A DNA stretch of 64,000 nt from contig CAZFHY010000010.1 in the NCBI GenBank assembly GCA_964519305.1, forward strand, positions 64,001 through 128,000, read 5' to 3'. Positions 1-9,234 of the stretch are shown here, in pieces; positions within the stretch are counted from its first letter, which is position 1; each line of letters starts with the position of its first letter. The translations under genes were made by a program, and so were the position numbers. The DNA comes from Candidatus Undinarchaeota archaeon (lineage in GTDB: Archaea; SpSt-1190; JASMDC01). Below the pieces are notes generated by a model, which was not told the origin of the DNA, searched no databases, and was given only the letters and a program-made list of their open reading frames with translations.

Positions 1-2
1 GG

Positions 3-332
3 CCCGATGTGGACATTGTCCTTGGAGAGCGCGCCGACCTCGCCCACTGGGGTGTTGCCGGCAGGGCGGTCCATACCCCGGGCCACACCTCCGGCTCCGT
101 CTCTGTGGTGCTGGACAGCGGTGATGCGATCGTTGGTGACCTCGCGATGAACGGCCTTCCCATGCGGCGGGGGCCTGGCATGCCCGTTTTCGCCGAGGAC
201 GTCGGACAGGTGTATCGTTCATGGGCCCACTTGCTGGACATGCATGCAGAGACCGTCCACCCGGCGCACGGACGACCGTTCCCTGCCTCGGTGCTAGAGC
301 GTGCGCTCGCCGGTCGGGCGCAAGATGTTTAA
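3..332 (+). CDS. MBL-fold metallo-hydrolase, C-terminal part (5' truncated by window edge)
   Basis: HTPGHTSGS, GD and PAHG motifs of the metallo-beta-lactamase fold; the frame is open to the window start. Confidence 0.8.
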   Translation, partial: PDVDIVLGERADLAHWGVAGRAVHTPGHTSGSVSVVLDSGDAIVGDLAMNGLPMRRGPGMPVFAEDVGQVYRSWAHLLDMHAETVHPAHGRPFPASVLERALAGRAQDV

Positions 333-356
333 GCGATGGTCGACCGGTAGCGGACC

Positions 357-1133
357 GTGGAATGCAGGAAGGTCGAGCTCGAGTGTGGTCCGGTCGCCGT
401 GTGGGAACGGTCCGGGCACGGGCTGCCAGTACTCCTTCTCCACGGTCTGGGCGCCGACGCTCAGACCTTCGCCGGCGCCTTCGGGCCCGGAGTGCTGCCT
501 GACAGACACCTCATCGCCCTGGACCTCCCCGGCCATGGTGCTTCGCCCCGCGGCACGTGCACATGCACGGTTGGCGACTACGCAGAGGTGGTGCTTTCCC
601 TCCTGGCGGAGCTGGGCGTGGAGCACTACGACCTGGTGGCCCACTCCATGGGCGGTGCTGTGGGCATCGTGCTCGCCGAGCGATCCGGTGTGACCCGGTT
701 CCTCAACGCCGAGGGAAACCTCACTGGCGAGAACTGCTTCTTCTCGGGGCCTACTGCGGCCATGGAGCGGGACCGGTTCATGCGCGAGGGACGTGTGCAG
801 CTCCTCGGAAAGGTGGGCAGGCTCGCCGCCAGGGGCTCTGCGTGCTGGGAGTACTATGCACGGGCGCTCACCCGGTGCGATCCCGAGGCGCTCCACCGCG
901 CGGCATGCGCGCTGGTGGACGTGTCCAACAACGCCGACCTCCTGGAGCGCTACATCGCCCTCCACAGTTCCACATGCTACGTGGTGGGCACCGAGAACGC
1001 TACCGACTTCCCCGGCAGGGAGCGGTTGTTGGAGGCCGGGTGCGAAGTGCATGCGGTCACTGGCGGTCATTTCATGATGCTCGACGACCCTGATGGTTTC
1101 TACCAGGTGGTCCGTGGGTTCCTCTTCAACTGA
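357..1133 (+). CDS. Alpha/beta hydrolase
   Basis: LLHGLG oxyanion motif, DLPGHG, nucleophile elbow AHSMGG, C-terminal GGHF. Confidence 0.85.
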   Translation: MECRKVELECGPVAVWERSGHGLPVLLLHGLGADAQTFAGAFGPGVLPDRHLIALDLPGHGASPRGTCTCTVGDYAEVVLSLLAELGVEHYDLVAHSMGGAVGIVLAERSGVTRFLNAEGNLTGENCFFSGPTAAMERDRFMREGRVQLLGKVGRLAARGSACWEYYARALTRCDPEALHRAACALVDVSNNADLLERYIALHSSTCYVVGTENATDFPGRERLLEAGCEVHAVTGGHFMMLDDPDGFYQVVRGFLFN

Positions 1134-1173
1134 CCGTGCGGCACGTTCGCAGGGGGCAAGTCCCAACAATAGC

Positions 1174-1180
1174 TTTATAT
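1174..1180 (+). promoter_or_regulatory. Archaeal-type TATA box for the PEPCK-like gene
   Basis: TTTATAT about 32 nt upstream of ATG 1212 in an otherwise GC-rich context. Confidence 0.55.
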
Positions 1181-1211
1181 TGGCCTTTGCCGTCCTCGGA
1201 ATCGAGATACC

Positions 1212-3146
1212 ATGCCGGACGACACCATCCTCATCACACCTGATACCCGCATCCCACTGGCCCGCGTGACCAGGAACCCGGACGATGCGTTCTACCACGA
1301 GTTCCTCAAGGACTACTACGTCATCACGGCCGACGGCCAGTACCTCTTTGGGTCCACCCAACCGGGGCGGCGGCCGGACCGGGCGTTCTTCCTCGTGCCC
1401 GAGGGATACAAGCTCGGTTACAAGCAGCGGTCGTTCGACGATAAGATAGGCAAACGCGTGTACGAGGCGGCCCTTGCGTACCTCGCAGAAGAGAACGTCC
1501 CCATGGTCGTCATGGACGGTATCCAGGGCGAGGCCGGGTACGAGGTGGGGCTGCGGTTCGCTGCGAGCATGAAGAGCCGGCAGTCCGGATACATAACCTG
1601 GTTCGCCAAGCAGATGGTGTTCCCTGCCAAGGAAGGTCAGAGCCCCGACTGCTGGAACGTTATCGTGCCCGAGCGCCTGCCCGACAAGTACGTGGCCATG
1701 ATCCGCGAGGTGTGGCCCGACTACGATCCGAACGTCCCCATCACGCTCTACAACCTTACAGGTATGGACGACAACGTACGGATGGTGCTCTCTCTGGGCG
1801 TCGACTACTTCGGTGGCGACTTCAAGAAACCGAACCTCACCATGGTGTGGAACAAGGCCGAGGGCGAGGGGCTAATCTCCTACCACGCCGGATGTACCAC
1901 CGACCGGGTCCTCAAAGGCCTGTCGGGTACCGGCAAGACCACGCTCACCGTGGGTCCCGATCTGGAACAGGACGACGCCCTGCTGGGCAAGCCCGAGTAC
2001 GATGAGAACGGTAACGTCTCCCGCGTCCAGATCATCGGTCTGGAGGCCGCCTCCTACGCCAAGTCGGAGGGACTGTACGACGGCAGCCCCGAATGGGCAG
2101 GTCTCATGAGGTCCAAGATGGTCAATCCGGACGGCTCACGGCCCGTAGTGCTGTGCCAGAACATGGACTGCGAGAACGTGGAGTACGAGGTGTTCGAGGA
2201 GGGCGGCAAGCCCATCAAGGTACCCCGTGTCCAGCCCGGGAAGCAGCCGGGCCATCTCCTCTGCCAGCAGTACCACCGCTCCGGTACCACCAACGGCAGG
2301 TTCATCTTCCTGTTCACCGAGCTGAACCCCCAGTGGGGTGAGACCCCCTACAAGTACATGAAGACAGAGGCGCTGAGCTTCAAGAAGTTCGACGTGCTCG
2401 AGCCGATGTTCCGGGTGACCGATCCGGTCATGGCCGTGGCCCTCGACTCTGCATGCGAGTCGATCATCACTTCGGCCATCGCCGCCCAGCGGCCTGGCAC
2501 CCGCGTTCGTTCGTACGCCGCCACGGACTTCATGGCCCGGGAGCAGTGCCAGCAGGCCCTGCTCAAGCTCAAGGTGTACAAGGACCAGGGGCTCGGCCTT
2601 GACGGGAAGCTGGTGTTCTTCATCTCCAATGCCGGTTTCGTGGGCGAGTACAACATGGACGGAGAACAGATCAAGCACCTCGACGAGAACGACGAGCCCA
2701 TCCCCAAGATGGACAAGGAGACAGGAAAGCAGATGATCAACGCTGCGGGCGATCCCGTCTGGATCGGCCAGGGCGAGAAGATCGGCGTCCGCGACTCCAA
2801 GGGCCTTATCGACCTGGTCGAGCATCGCAAGATCAAGAGCTGGCTCGAACACCCTGTGTTCGGCTACCTCCTGCCCGATCCCAAGGAGCTTGAGGAGGTC
2901 CACGGGATGAAGGACTTCGGTAAGCGGTTCAATCCGCTCAACTACTACACTCCTGAGGAGTACATCGCCTTTGCTGAGCGGGAGATCCGCGAGCGCACGA
3001 CCTTCCTTGCAGAACTGTTCTCTGGACAGGAGGGGGAGGGCGACCTCCAGGACGTCATCCATGTGTGGGAGAACTGCACCATCCCGTCGAAGGAGGAGCT
3101 GGTCCGCTTCTACACCAAGCACTACGGACCCTGTAAGAAGGCGTAG
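1212..3146 (+). CDS. pckA: Phosphoenolpyruvate carboxykinase (ATP)-like, divergent
   Basis: YFGGDFKK (cf. YxGExKK), YHAGC, P-loop GLSGTGKTTL, QDD metal site, GLEAASYAK (cf. ExGCYAK), TTNGR. Confidence 0.75.
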   Translation: MPDDTILITPDTRIPLARVTRNPDDAFYHEFLKDYYVITADGQYLFGSTQPGRRPDRAFFLVPEGYKLGYKQRSFDDKIGKRVYEAALAYLAEENVPMVVMDGIQGEAGYEVGLRFAASMKSRQSGYITWFAKQMVFPAKEGQSPDCWNVIVPERLPDKYVAMIREVWPDYDPNVPITLYNLTGMDDNVRMVLSLGVDYFGGDFKKPNLTMVWNKAEGEGLISYHAGCTTDRVLKGLSGTGKTTLTVGPDLEQDDALLGKPEYDENGNVSRVQIIGLEAASYAKSEGLYDGSPEWAGLMRSKMVNPDGSRPVVLCQNMDCENVEYEVFEEGGKPIKVPRVQPGKQPGHLLCQQYHRSGTTNGRFIFLFTELNPQWGETPYKYMKTEALSFKKFDVLEPMFRVTDPVMAVALDSACESIITSAIAAQRPGTRVRSYAATDFMAREQCQQALLKLKVYKDQGLGLDGKLVFFISNAGFVGEYNMDGEQIKHLDENDEPIPKMDKETGKQMINAAGDPVWIGQGEKIGVRDSKGLIDLVEHRKIKSWLEHPVFGYLLPDPKELEEVHGMKDFGKRFNPLNYYTPEEYIAFAEREIRERTTFLAELFSGQEGEGDLQDVIHVWENCTIPSKEELVRFYTKHYGPCKKA

Positions 3147-3159
3147 TATCTGAACTACC

Positions 3160-4089
3160 ATGGACGTCCTGACGCACGGGCTCTTCTCCTACGGACTCGC
3201 ACGGCAGGTCATCGCCGAGCATGCCCTCCCCGTAGTGATAGCGGGCATTCTGCCCGACCTTGACTTCATAGCTGTCCTTATCAACCGGAAGACCGGATTA
3301 TTTGCCCACAGGAACAAGACGCACTCCATCCTAGCTACCATCCTTGGCCCCTTCCTAGTTGCAGCGGTCTACCTCGTTTCCTTCGATGTCCATGAACATG
3401 TCGGTGCTATCATCGCATTATCTGTGTTTGCAGGGATAAACCATATCCTTTTCGACATATTGACCTCGACAGCAATCCCGTTCGCATGGCCTTTCTCAGA
3501 AAAAAGGATAAAGTTCGATGTAGACAGGTCAGTAAATCCAATATTATTCGCAATAAGTGCAATATTCATCCTTGTTCTGATGTTTCTTCCCGATGAATCA
3601 CTTCTAATTACCAGAATATACATCGGACTCATTATTTTATCATTCTTCCTCAGGTTCTGCATCAAGCTATACCTTAGGTCGAAACATGGGGACGTCGATC
3701 CCATCCCCTCTTTCGACCCCTTCACCTGGGTTCTCGTGAAAAAAGAGGAAAAAGAAGAAGTACGCACAATATCATGGAGACGTATTTGCCTATATTCTTC
3801 AGAAAGTAAAGAATATTCGAATAAATATTCAATAAAGTCACCAAGATTGCCCCTAAAAAGTCCAGATGATGTCGCCGCACACACTAGAACATTCAGTATC
3901 ATCAAGAAATTCTTTGAAAGATTCAAATATCCGCTATTTGAATGCAGGAAGAATGAAAAAGAACAATGGATCGTCTTCTGGTATCCCCTGGAAATGGTGG
4001 CGTTCCACCGTTCATTCGGTATACAGTTGGTGCTTGACGATTCCTGCGACTGCGAATGGGAGTTCAGCCATCGAAAGGTGAACGCTTAG
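3160..4089 (+). CDS. Membrane-bound metal-dependent hydrolase (YdjM/YfhP-like)
   Basis: MDVLTHG, PDLD, HRxxTHS and HILFD motifs with several hydrophobic helices; the 3' two-thirds are markedly AT-rich. Confidence 0.75.
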   Translation: MDVLTHGLFSYGLARQVIAEHALPVVIAGILPDLDFIAVLINRKTGLFAHRNKTHSILATILGPFLVAAVYLVSFDVHEHVGAIIALSVFAGINHILFDILTSTAIPFAWPFSEKRIKFDVDRSVNPILFAISAIFILVLMFLPDESLLITRIYIGLIILSFFLRFCIKLYLRSKHGDVDPIPSFDPFTWVLVKKEEKEEVRTISWRRICLYSSESKEYSNKYSIKSPRLPLKSPDDVAAHTRTFSIIKKFFERFKYPLFECRKNEKEQWIVFWYPLEMVAFHRSFGIQLVLDDSCDCEWEFSHRKVNA

Positions 4090-4094
4090 AGCGA

Positions 4095-4664
4095 TCATCC
4101 AGGTATCGCATACTCGTGGAAGCGACCGGGCGCATCCCGGTCGTAGTAGCCGACGGGCGGGAGCTCCACGTTAAGTGCATCGAACCGGTCCCTCAGCTCG
4201 ACCAGCTCACCCTCACCGAGCCCCTGTGGGACATAGAGCCTGTTGGGCGCTGCCCCGATGACGGGGAGAATCCCTTCCCAGTCCACTCGACGCGCGTCGT
4301 AGCCAAGGACACCCTTGTCCGCGAAATCGTAGACAGAGTCCAGGTCGTACCGCTCGCCCACCGTGTGCTCCACGGTCTCCCAGAATCCGGGTTCGTCCTC
4401 CGGGCGGCAGGTGGGACATGGGATGAACCCTAGGTCGACCAGCTTCTCCAGCCCTTCGTCACCGACGGCGAGCACGACCTCCGAATAGCCCTTGGGGCCC
4501 CGGTTGCCCGCGGTGCAGTCGGTCCTTCCGAGCAGTCCCGTTGAAAGCCTGGCGGACCAGACGTCGGGCCGTTCCTCCCGCTGTCTGAGGACGCCCACGA
4601 GCTCGCGGGTGCTCATATCCCGGTCAGTACCGTCCAAGTAGACGTGGTACCGTTCTTCGGACAC
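4095..4664 (-). CDS. Hypothetical protein with an Ada-like Zn-binding segment
   Basis: GRTDC...GFIPCPTCRP resembles the Ada metal-binding GFRPCxxCRP motif; TATA-like TATTAATA upstream. Confidence 0.5.
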   Translation of the reverse strand: MSEERYHVYLDGTDRDMSTRELVGVLRQREERPDVWSARLSTGLLGRTDCTAGNRGPKGYSEVVLAVGDEGLEKLVDLGFIPCPTCRPEDEPGFWETVEHTVGERYDLDSVYDFADKGVLGYDARRVDWEGILPVIGAAPNRLYVPQGLGEGELVELRDRFDALNVELPPVGYYDRDAPGRFHEYAIPG

Positions 4665-4762
4665 AGCACCGGCGGCACGGGAACCGGTATTAATACCTTT
4701 CGAAGGTGCTTGGGCCGGACGCTGGCAAACCCTTATAGCTGCCCTCCTATCACACGAATGTC

Positions 4763-5461
4763 TTGGGAAAGACGAGCCGTCAGCGTGAGGTTGCGTCGGA
4801 CACGCTAGTGTTCTTCGTCCGGGGGGAAGCGACGTGCTCCGCCTGTGGGACAGGGATCGCCAATGGTGGCTTCATCACCAAGCAACGGGGCAGGACTCTC
4901 TGCCTGGGCTGCGCCGGCTTGGACGGTCTTACCTACCTCCCCAAAGGTGATGCTACTCTAACTCGTCGCGCGTCGAAGCACTCCCCTGTCACAGTGAAAG
5001 TGGTCACACGGGTCTACCGCAACCGACGCTACAAACGTCACGGCATCCTCGTGGAGCAGAAAGCACTGAAGCAGGCCGAGAAGGAGTGCCGGGCGGATGC
5101 CGAAGAGCGTGCTAGACGGCGGAAAGCGCGGGAGCGGGAACAGGTCTCGCGCTTCGCCCGTGCCGTGCGCCGGCGCTATCCCTCGTGCCCGAAGGGTGCT
5201 GAACGCAAGATCGCCCGCCATGCCTGCGAGACATCGAGCGGCCGCGTCGGACGTACCGCTGAGGCCAAGCGACTGGACGGCAGAGCAGTGGAGCTCGCGA
5301 TGCGGGCCCACATCCGCCACCATCACACAACCTACGACTCACTTATCGATGGAGGCATGGCCAAGGTCAAGGCCCGGGCTGCGGTCGCTCAGAAAGTGGA
5401 GTCCGTGGTCAAGCGGTGGAGCACACCACGTAAGGACAGCAGGGGCCCGGTACGCAGGTGA
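4763..5461 (+). CDS. DUF2293 domain protein with an N-terminal CxxC...CxxC finger
   Basis: IARHAC..SGRVGR, AHIRH..T.YD.L motif of DUF2293; CSAC and CLGC. Confidence 0.75.
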   Translation: MGKTSRQREVASDTLVFFVRGEATCSACGTGIANGGFITKQRGRTLCLGCAGLDGLTYLPKGDATLTRRASKHSPVTVKVVTRVYRNRRYKRHGILVEQKALKQAEKECRADAEERARRRKAREREQVSRFARAVRRRYPSCPKGAERKIARHACETSSGRVGRTAEAKRLDGRAVELAMRAHIRHHHTTYDSLIDGGMAKVKARAAVAQKVESVVKRWSTPRKDSRGPVRR

Positions 5462-5470
5462 TGGGTGAGC

Positions 5471-6391
5471 TCAGGCCTTCTCGGCGTTGGCCTTCTTCTC
5501 GGCCATCTTCTTCTTGACCTCAGCGAGCTTTGCGGCCTTCTCCTTCTCGGCCTTTGCCGCGCGTTCCTTACTTGAGGCCTCGATCTCGTCAGCGGGCCTG
5601 CGGTCATCGATGCACTTCTTCGGGCATTTGTCGGCGCACGCTCCGCACGCGGTGCACTTCTCATAGTCGATGACAGCGAGGTTATCCTCCACGTGGATAG
5701 CGTCAGCAGGGCACACACGCTCGCACATCTTGCAGGCTATACAGCCTACCTTGCACAGCTTGCCCACGACCTTCCCTGGATCGTGGGAGGAGCAGAGCAC
5801 GTGGATCTTAGCTTCCTTGGGCACGAGCTCGAACAGGCCCTTGGGACAGGCCTTGACGCACGCACCGCACGCTACACAGTTGGCCGTGATCACGTGCGGG
5901 ATCCCGCCTTCACCATAGGTGAGCGCGTTGAACTTGCAGGCGTCGACACAGTCGCCCAGCGCGATACACCCGTAGGAACACTTCTTAGGCCCAGTACCTA
6001 CAAGGGCCGCAGCAGAGCAGCACTCGATACCCTCGTACACGCAGTGGAGTCCGCACACGGCCTCGGTACCCCTGCACCGGTTCACGGCGACCTGTGGCTC
6101 TTTATCCTCTACCTCGGCCCCCATGATCTCAGCGATCTTGGCAGCGGCCTCTGCCCCGGCAGGAGTACAACCGTCAGCAGCGGCTTTGCCCTCGACCACG
6201 AGCTCGGCGTAGGCATCGCAGCCGGCCAGGCCGCACGCACCACAGTTGGCACCAGCCAGGAGCTCACGGATCTGGCCCACACGGGGATCTGTCTCCACGT
6301 GGAACGCCTTGGAGGCGAACGAAAGCCCGATGCCGAATATGAAGCCCAGCGCTCCCATGGCGGCCATTGCAGCGACGACCGGCTCTACCAT
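5471..6391 (-). CDS. rnfB: Rnf complex subunit B (polyferredoxin)
   Basis: N-terminal TM, GANCGACGLAGC, several CxxCxxCxxxCP motifs; last gene of the operon. Confidence 0.93.
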   Translation of the reverse strand: MVEPVVAAMAAMGALGFIFGIGLSFASKAFHVETDPRVGQIRELLAGANCGACGLAGCDAYAELVVEGKAAADGCTPAGAEAAAKIAEIMGAEVEDKEPQVAVNRCRGTEAVCGLHCVYEGIECCSAAALVGTGPKKCSYGCIALGDCVDACKFNALTYGEGGIPHVITANCVACGACVKACPKGLFELVPKEAKIHVLCSSHDPGKVVGKLCKVGCIACKMCERVCPADAIHVEDNLAVIDYEKCTACGACADKCPKKCIDDRRPADEIEASSKERAAKAEKEKAAKLAEVKKKMAEKKANAEKA

Positions 6392-6975
6392 CAGAGCATC
6401 CCCCCGAAGCCACTGAAGGCCATGGCCAGGATGCCCGCGGTAATGAGCGCGATCGGAGCGCCCTCCAGGGGCTTGGGTACGTCCGCCAGCTCAAGCCGCT
6501 CACGGATCCCCGACATGATGAGCAGCGCCAGAGTGAACCCGGCGCCCGCACCAAGGGCGAACACAACGGTCCTGATGAGGTCGTTGGCGTCGATGGTGTT
6601 GAGCAGGGTAAGACCCAAGATGGCGCAGTTCGTTGTGATGAGCGGCAGATAGATACCGAACGCCTTGAACAGCGCCTGCTGGTACTTCTTCATGTACATC
6701 TCGATCAGCTGCACCAATGTGGCGATGATGAGGATGTACGAGACTATCTGCAGGAACATCAGCCCGAACGGCTCCAGCACGTAGTTGAAGACCAGCCATG
6801 TGGCCAGGTTGGCCAGCGTCATCACGAAGGTGACGGCCGCGCCCATACCGGCGGCCGACTCGGTCTTCTTGGAGACGCCCAGGAACGGGCAGATCCCCAG
6901 GAACTTGTACAGCACGAAGTTGTTGACCACGGCTGCGCCGAAGAACAGGATGAACAGATCGCGGATCATCGGCAC
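6391..6975 (-). CDS. rnfA: Rnf complex subunit A
   Basis: NNFVLYKFLGICPFLGVSKK and YLPLITTNCAILG signatures. Confidence 0.95.
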   Translation of the reverse strand: MPMIRDLFILFFGAAVVNNFVLYKFLGICPFLGVSKKTESAAGMGAAVTFVMTLANLATWLVFNYVLEPFGLMFLQIVSYILIIATLVQLIEMYMKKYQQALFKAFGIYLPLITTNCAILGLTLLNTIDANDLIRTVVFALGAGAGFTLALLIMSGIRERLELADVPKPLEGAPIALITAGILAMAFSGFGGML

Positions 6976-7607
6976 TCACCTCCGCACTCGGCGCACGACA
7001 GTTTCGCTTGTCGCTGGTCATACCAGTTCATGAACCCGATGAGGAATCCCAGGGTGAGGAACGCCCCCGGCGGGAGCACCATGATGAGCATGGGCTTGAA
7101 ACCTGCCCAGAACACCGCGTAGCCGAAGATCGTGCCGAAGCCCAGCGCCTCGCGGATGCTGGCGAGCACGATGAGGCCGAGAGTGAACCCGAGCCCCGAG
7201 CCCAGCGCGTCCATGAGCGACGGGACGACGCCGTTCTTCGACGCGAACGCCTCGATGCGTCCGAGGATTATGCAGTTCACCACGATGAGGGGAACGAAGA
7301 TCCCCAGGATCTTGTGGATGTCCGGCAGGAACGCTGCGAGCATGTAGTCAGCTATGGTGACGAACGTCGCGACCACCACGATGAAGATCGGGATGCGCAC
7401 CTTCGGTGGGATGAAGCGCTTGAACATCGAGATGAGCACTGACGAGCACACCAGCACGAAGGTAGCGGCGCCGCCCATGACGACGCCATTGATCGCCGTG
7501 TTGGTCACGGCCAGCGTCGGACACATTCCCAGCAGTAGTCGGAGCACGGGGTTCTGCGCCCATACGCCCTTGGAGAATATGGTCCCGAGAGATTCTTCTT
7601 CCGCCAT
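6966..7607 (-). CDS. rnfE: Rnf complex subunit E
   Basis: NPVLRLLLGMCPTLAVT, PLIVVNCIILGR.EAFA and LPPGAF signatures. Confidence 0.95.
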   Translation of the reverse strand: MAEEESLGTIFSKGVWAQNPVLRLLLGMCPTLAVTNTAINGVVMGGAATFVLVCSSVLISMFKRFIPPKVRIPIFIVVVATFVTIADYMLAAFLPDIHKILGIFVPLIVVNCIILGRIEAFASKNGVVPSLMDALGSGLGFTLGLIVLASIREALGFGTIFGYAVFWAGFKPMLIMVLPPGAFLTLGFLIGFMNWYDQRQAKLSCAECGGECR

Positions 7608-8164
7608 TATTTACCTCCCCCCTGTGCATTGAGGCCGTTCACCGAACCGACCACCATATCGACCACTTTGCTCGACGAGATGGTTGCTCCAGTGATCGTG
7701 TCGAACTGGCCCGCCCTCAACGGAGCCTTCTTCCCGGCGAACTGGCCCTTGAAGAAGTCCTCCTTGATACGCTCGCCCAAGCCCGGGGTCTCGAGGTGGT
7801 CGAGCACCTTGATACCGGTGACGGTGGCCTTATTGCCCCTCACATCGACACCGACGAGCAGCTTCATGGAGCCGCCGAATCCGATGCCCTCGACCTTCAT
7901 GGCGTATCCGGCCACCGTGTTGCCGATGTACCCGGCGTATACGGCACGGACACCCTCCTTCTCGGTCGAGATGAGCGCATGATCAGCGAGCTCTTCAAAG
8001 CGTTCCCCGGCAGGGAACACCTCCTTCTGAGCTATCTCGAGGGCCTTGCGCTGGTTCTCCTCGATGTACGGCTTGGTGGTGTCGTACACCATGGCCAGCG
8101 ACATGCCCGAGAGCAGGCACACGACAACCAGCGCTGCTGTCAGCTGTACGGTCTCGCTCACCAT
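7607..8164 (-). CDS. rnfG: Rnf complex subunit G (covalent FMN)
   Basis: N-terminal TM, HLETPGLG, DTITGATISS flavinylation motif. Confidence 0.93.
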   Translation of the reverse strand: MVSETVQLTAALVVVCLLSGMSLAMVYDTTKPYIEENQRKALEIAQKEVFPAGERFEELADHALISTEKEGVRAVYAGYIGNTVAGYAMKVEGIGFGGSMKLLVGVDVRGNKATVTGIKVLDHLETPGLGERIKEDFFKGQFAGKKAPLRAGQFDTITGATISSSKVVDMVVGSVNGLNAQGGGK

Positions 8165-9234
8165 CAGTCATCACCCTCCTTGGTGACGGCCCCGAACGGT
8201 TCGGGTGCTGTGAGTCTGTCGATGAGCGGGGTGAACCCGTTCATGATGAGGATCGAGAACATCACTCCCTCGGGGAGCCCGCCGAACTGGCGGATCACGG
8301 CCGTAAGGAGGCCGCACCCCATGCCGAACACTATGCGTCCGCGCTGGGTGATGGGGCTGGTCACGTAATCGGTGGCCATGAAGAACGCGCCGAGGATGAG
8401 GCCGCCCGCAAGGACGTGGTAGAGGCCCATGAACATGTGAGCGTTGAACGCCATCATGAGCACGAACACCGTGCCCACATAGGAAAACGGGATGCGCCAG
8501 TCGATGATGTCCTTGTAGAATAGGTAGGCGGCACCCAATAGGAGCGCTGCCACCGAGGTCTCGCCGAGCACACCGCCAACGTTCCCCCAGAACGCGTCGG
8601 CGAAGGGCGGGAGGGGTCCTGCCGTGATGAACGGTTCGTGCGAGAAGTACGTTGTAAGGGGGCTTGCCTGCGTCACTGCGTCCGAGGACGCTAAGCGGGC
8701 CGCGGTCTTGAGGTGCGACAACGGTGTCGCCATGGTCACGGCATCGACGCCCACGGGCATCCGGGCCGCCATGAGCACGGGCCAGGAGGCCACGAGGAAC
8801 GCACGACCCGTGAGCGCTGGATTGAATATATTATAGCCCAGCCCGCCGAAGGCGAACTTCGCGACGATGATGGCGAAGGCACTGCCGATCGCGGCCATCC
8901 ACAGCGGGACACCGGAGGAGAGGGTGAGGGCGAGCAGGAGGCCTGTGAGCACTGCTGAACCATCGTTCACGGTGACGGGCTTGCAGAACCACTTCTGGAG
9001 CGCGGCCTCGGTGGCCACGCACGCGACGATGCAAGTAAGGATGACAAGGAGCGCGTCAGCACCGAAGAAGTACACACCGGCAGCGGCGGCCGGTACGAGG
9101 GCCAGTACGACGTCCCACATTATTGAACGGACGGTGTCGGGATTGCGCGCGTGGGGGCTCGTGGACAGGATGTACGGTTCTTCTACCTTCTTCTCGGCCT
9201 TCTTCTCAGTCTTCTTCTCGTCTGCCATCTTCAT
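8164..9234 (-). CDS. rnfD: Rnf complex subunit D
   Basis: SPH, FGGLGYNIFNPAL, DAVTMATPL, GAFFMATDYVTSP; true start probably ATG 9234 (overlapping the rnfC stop) or 9228, not 9768. Confidence 0.93.
   Translation of the reverse strand: MKMADEKKTEKKAEKKVEEPYILSTSPHARNPDTVRSIMWDVVLALVPAAAAGVYFFGADALLVILTCIVACVATEAALQKWFCKPVTVNDGSAVLTGLLLALTLSSGVPLWMAAIGSAFAIIVAKFAFGGLGYNIFNPALTGRAFLVASWPVLMAARMPVGVDAVTMATPLSHLKTAARLASSDAVTQASPLTTYFSHEPFITAGPLPPFADAFWGNVGGVLGETSVAALLLGAAYLFYKDIIDWRIPFSYVGTVFVLMMAFNAHMFMGLYHVLAGGLILGAFFMATDYVTSPITQRGRIVFGMGCGLLTAVIRQFGGLPEGVMFSILIMNGFTPLIDRLTAPEPFGAVTKEGDD

Noticed and set aside
294-3161. Long antisense ORFs (355 aa, 341 aa) and similar ones elsewhere (16317-17588, 31471-32520, 55720-56952, 61654-62676)
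   Set aside because: These are shadow frames of high-GC genes with clear motifs on the opposite strand; no family motifs were seen.
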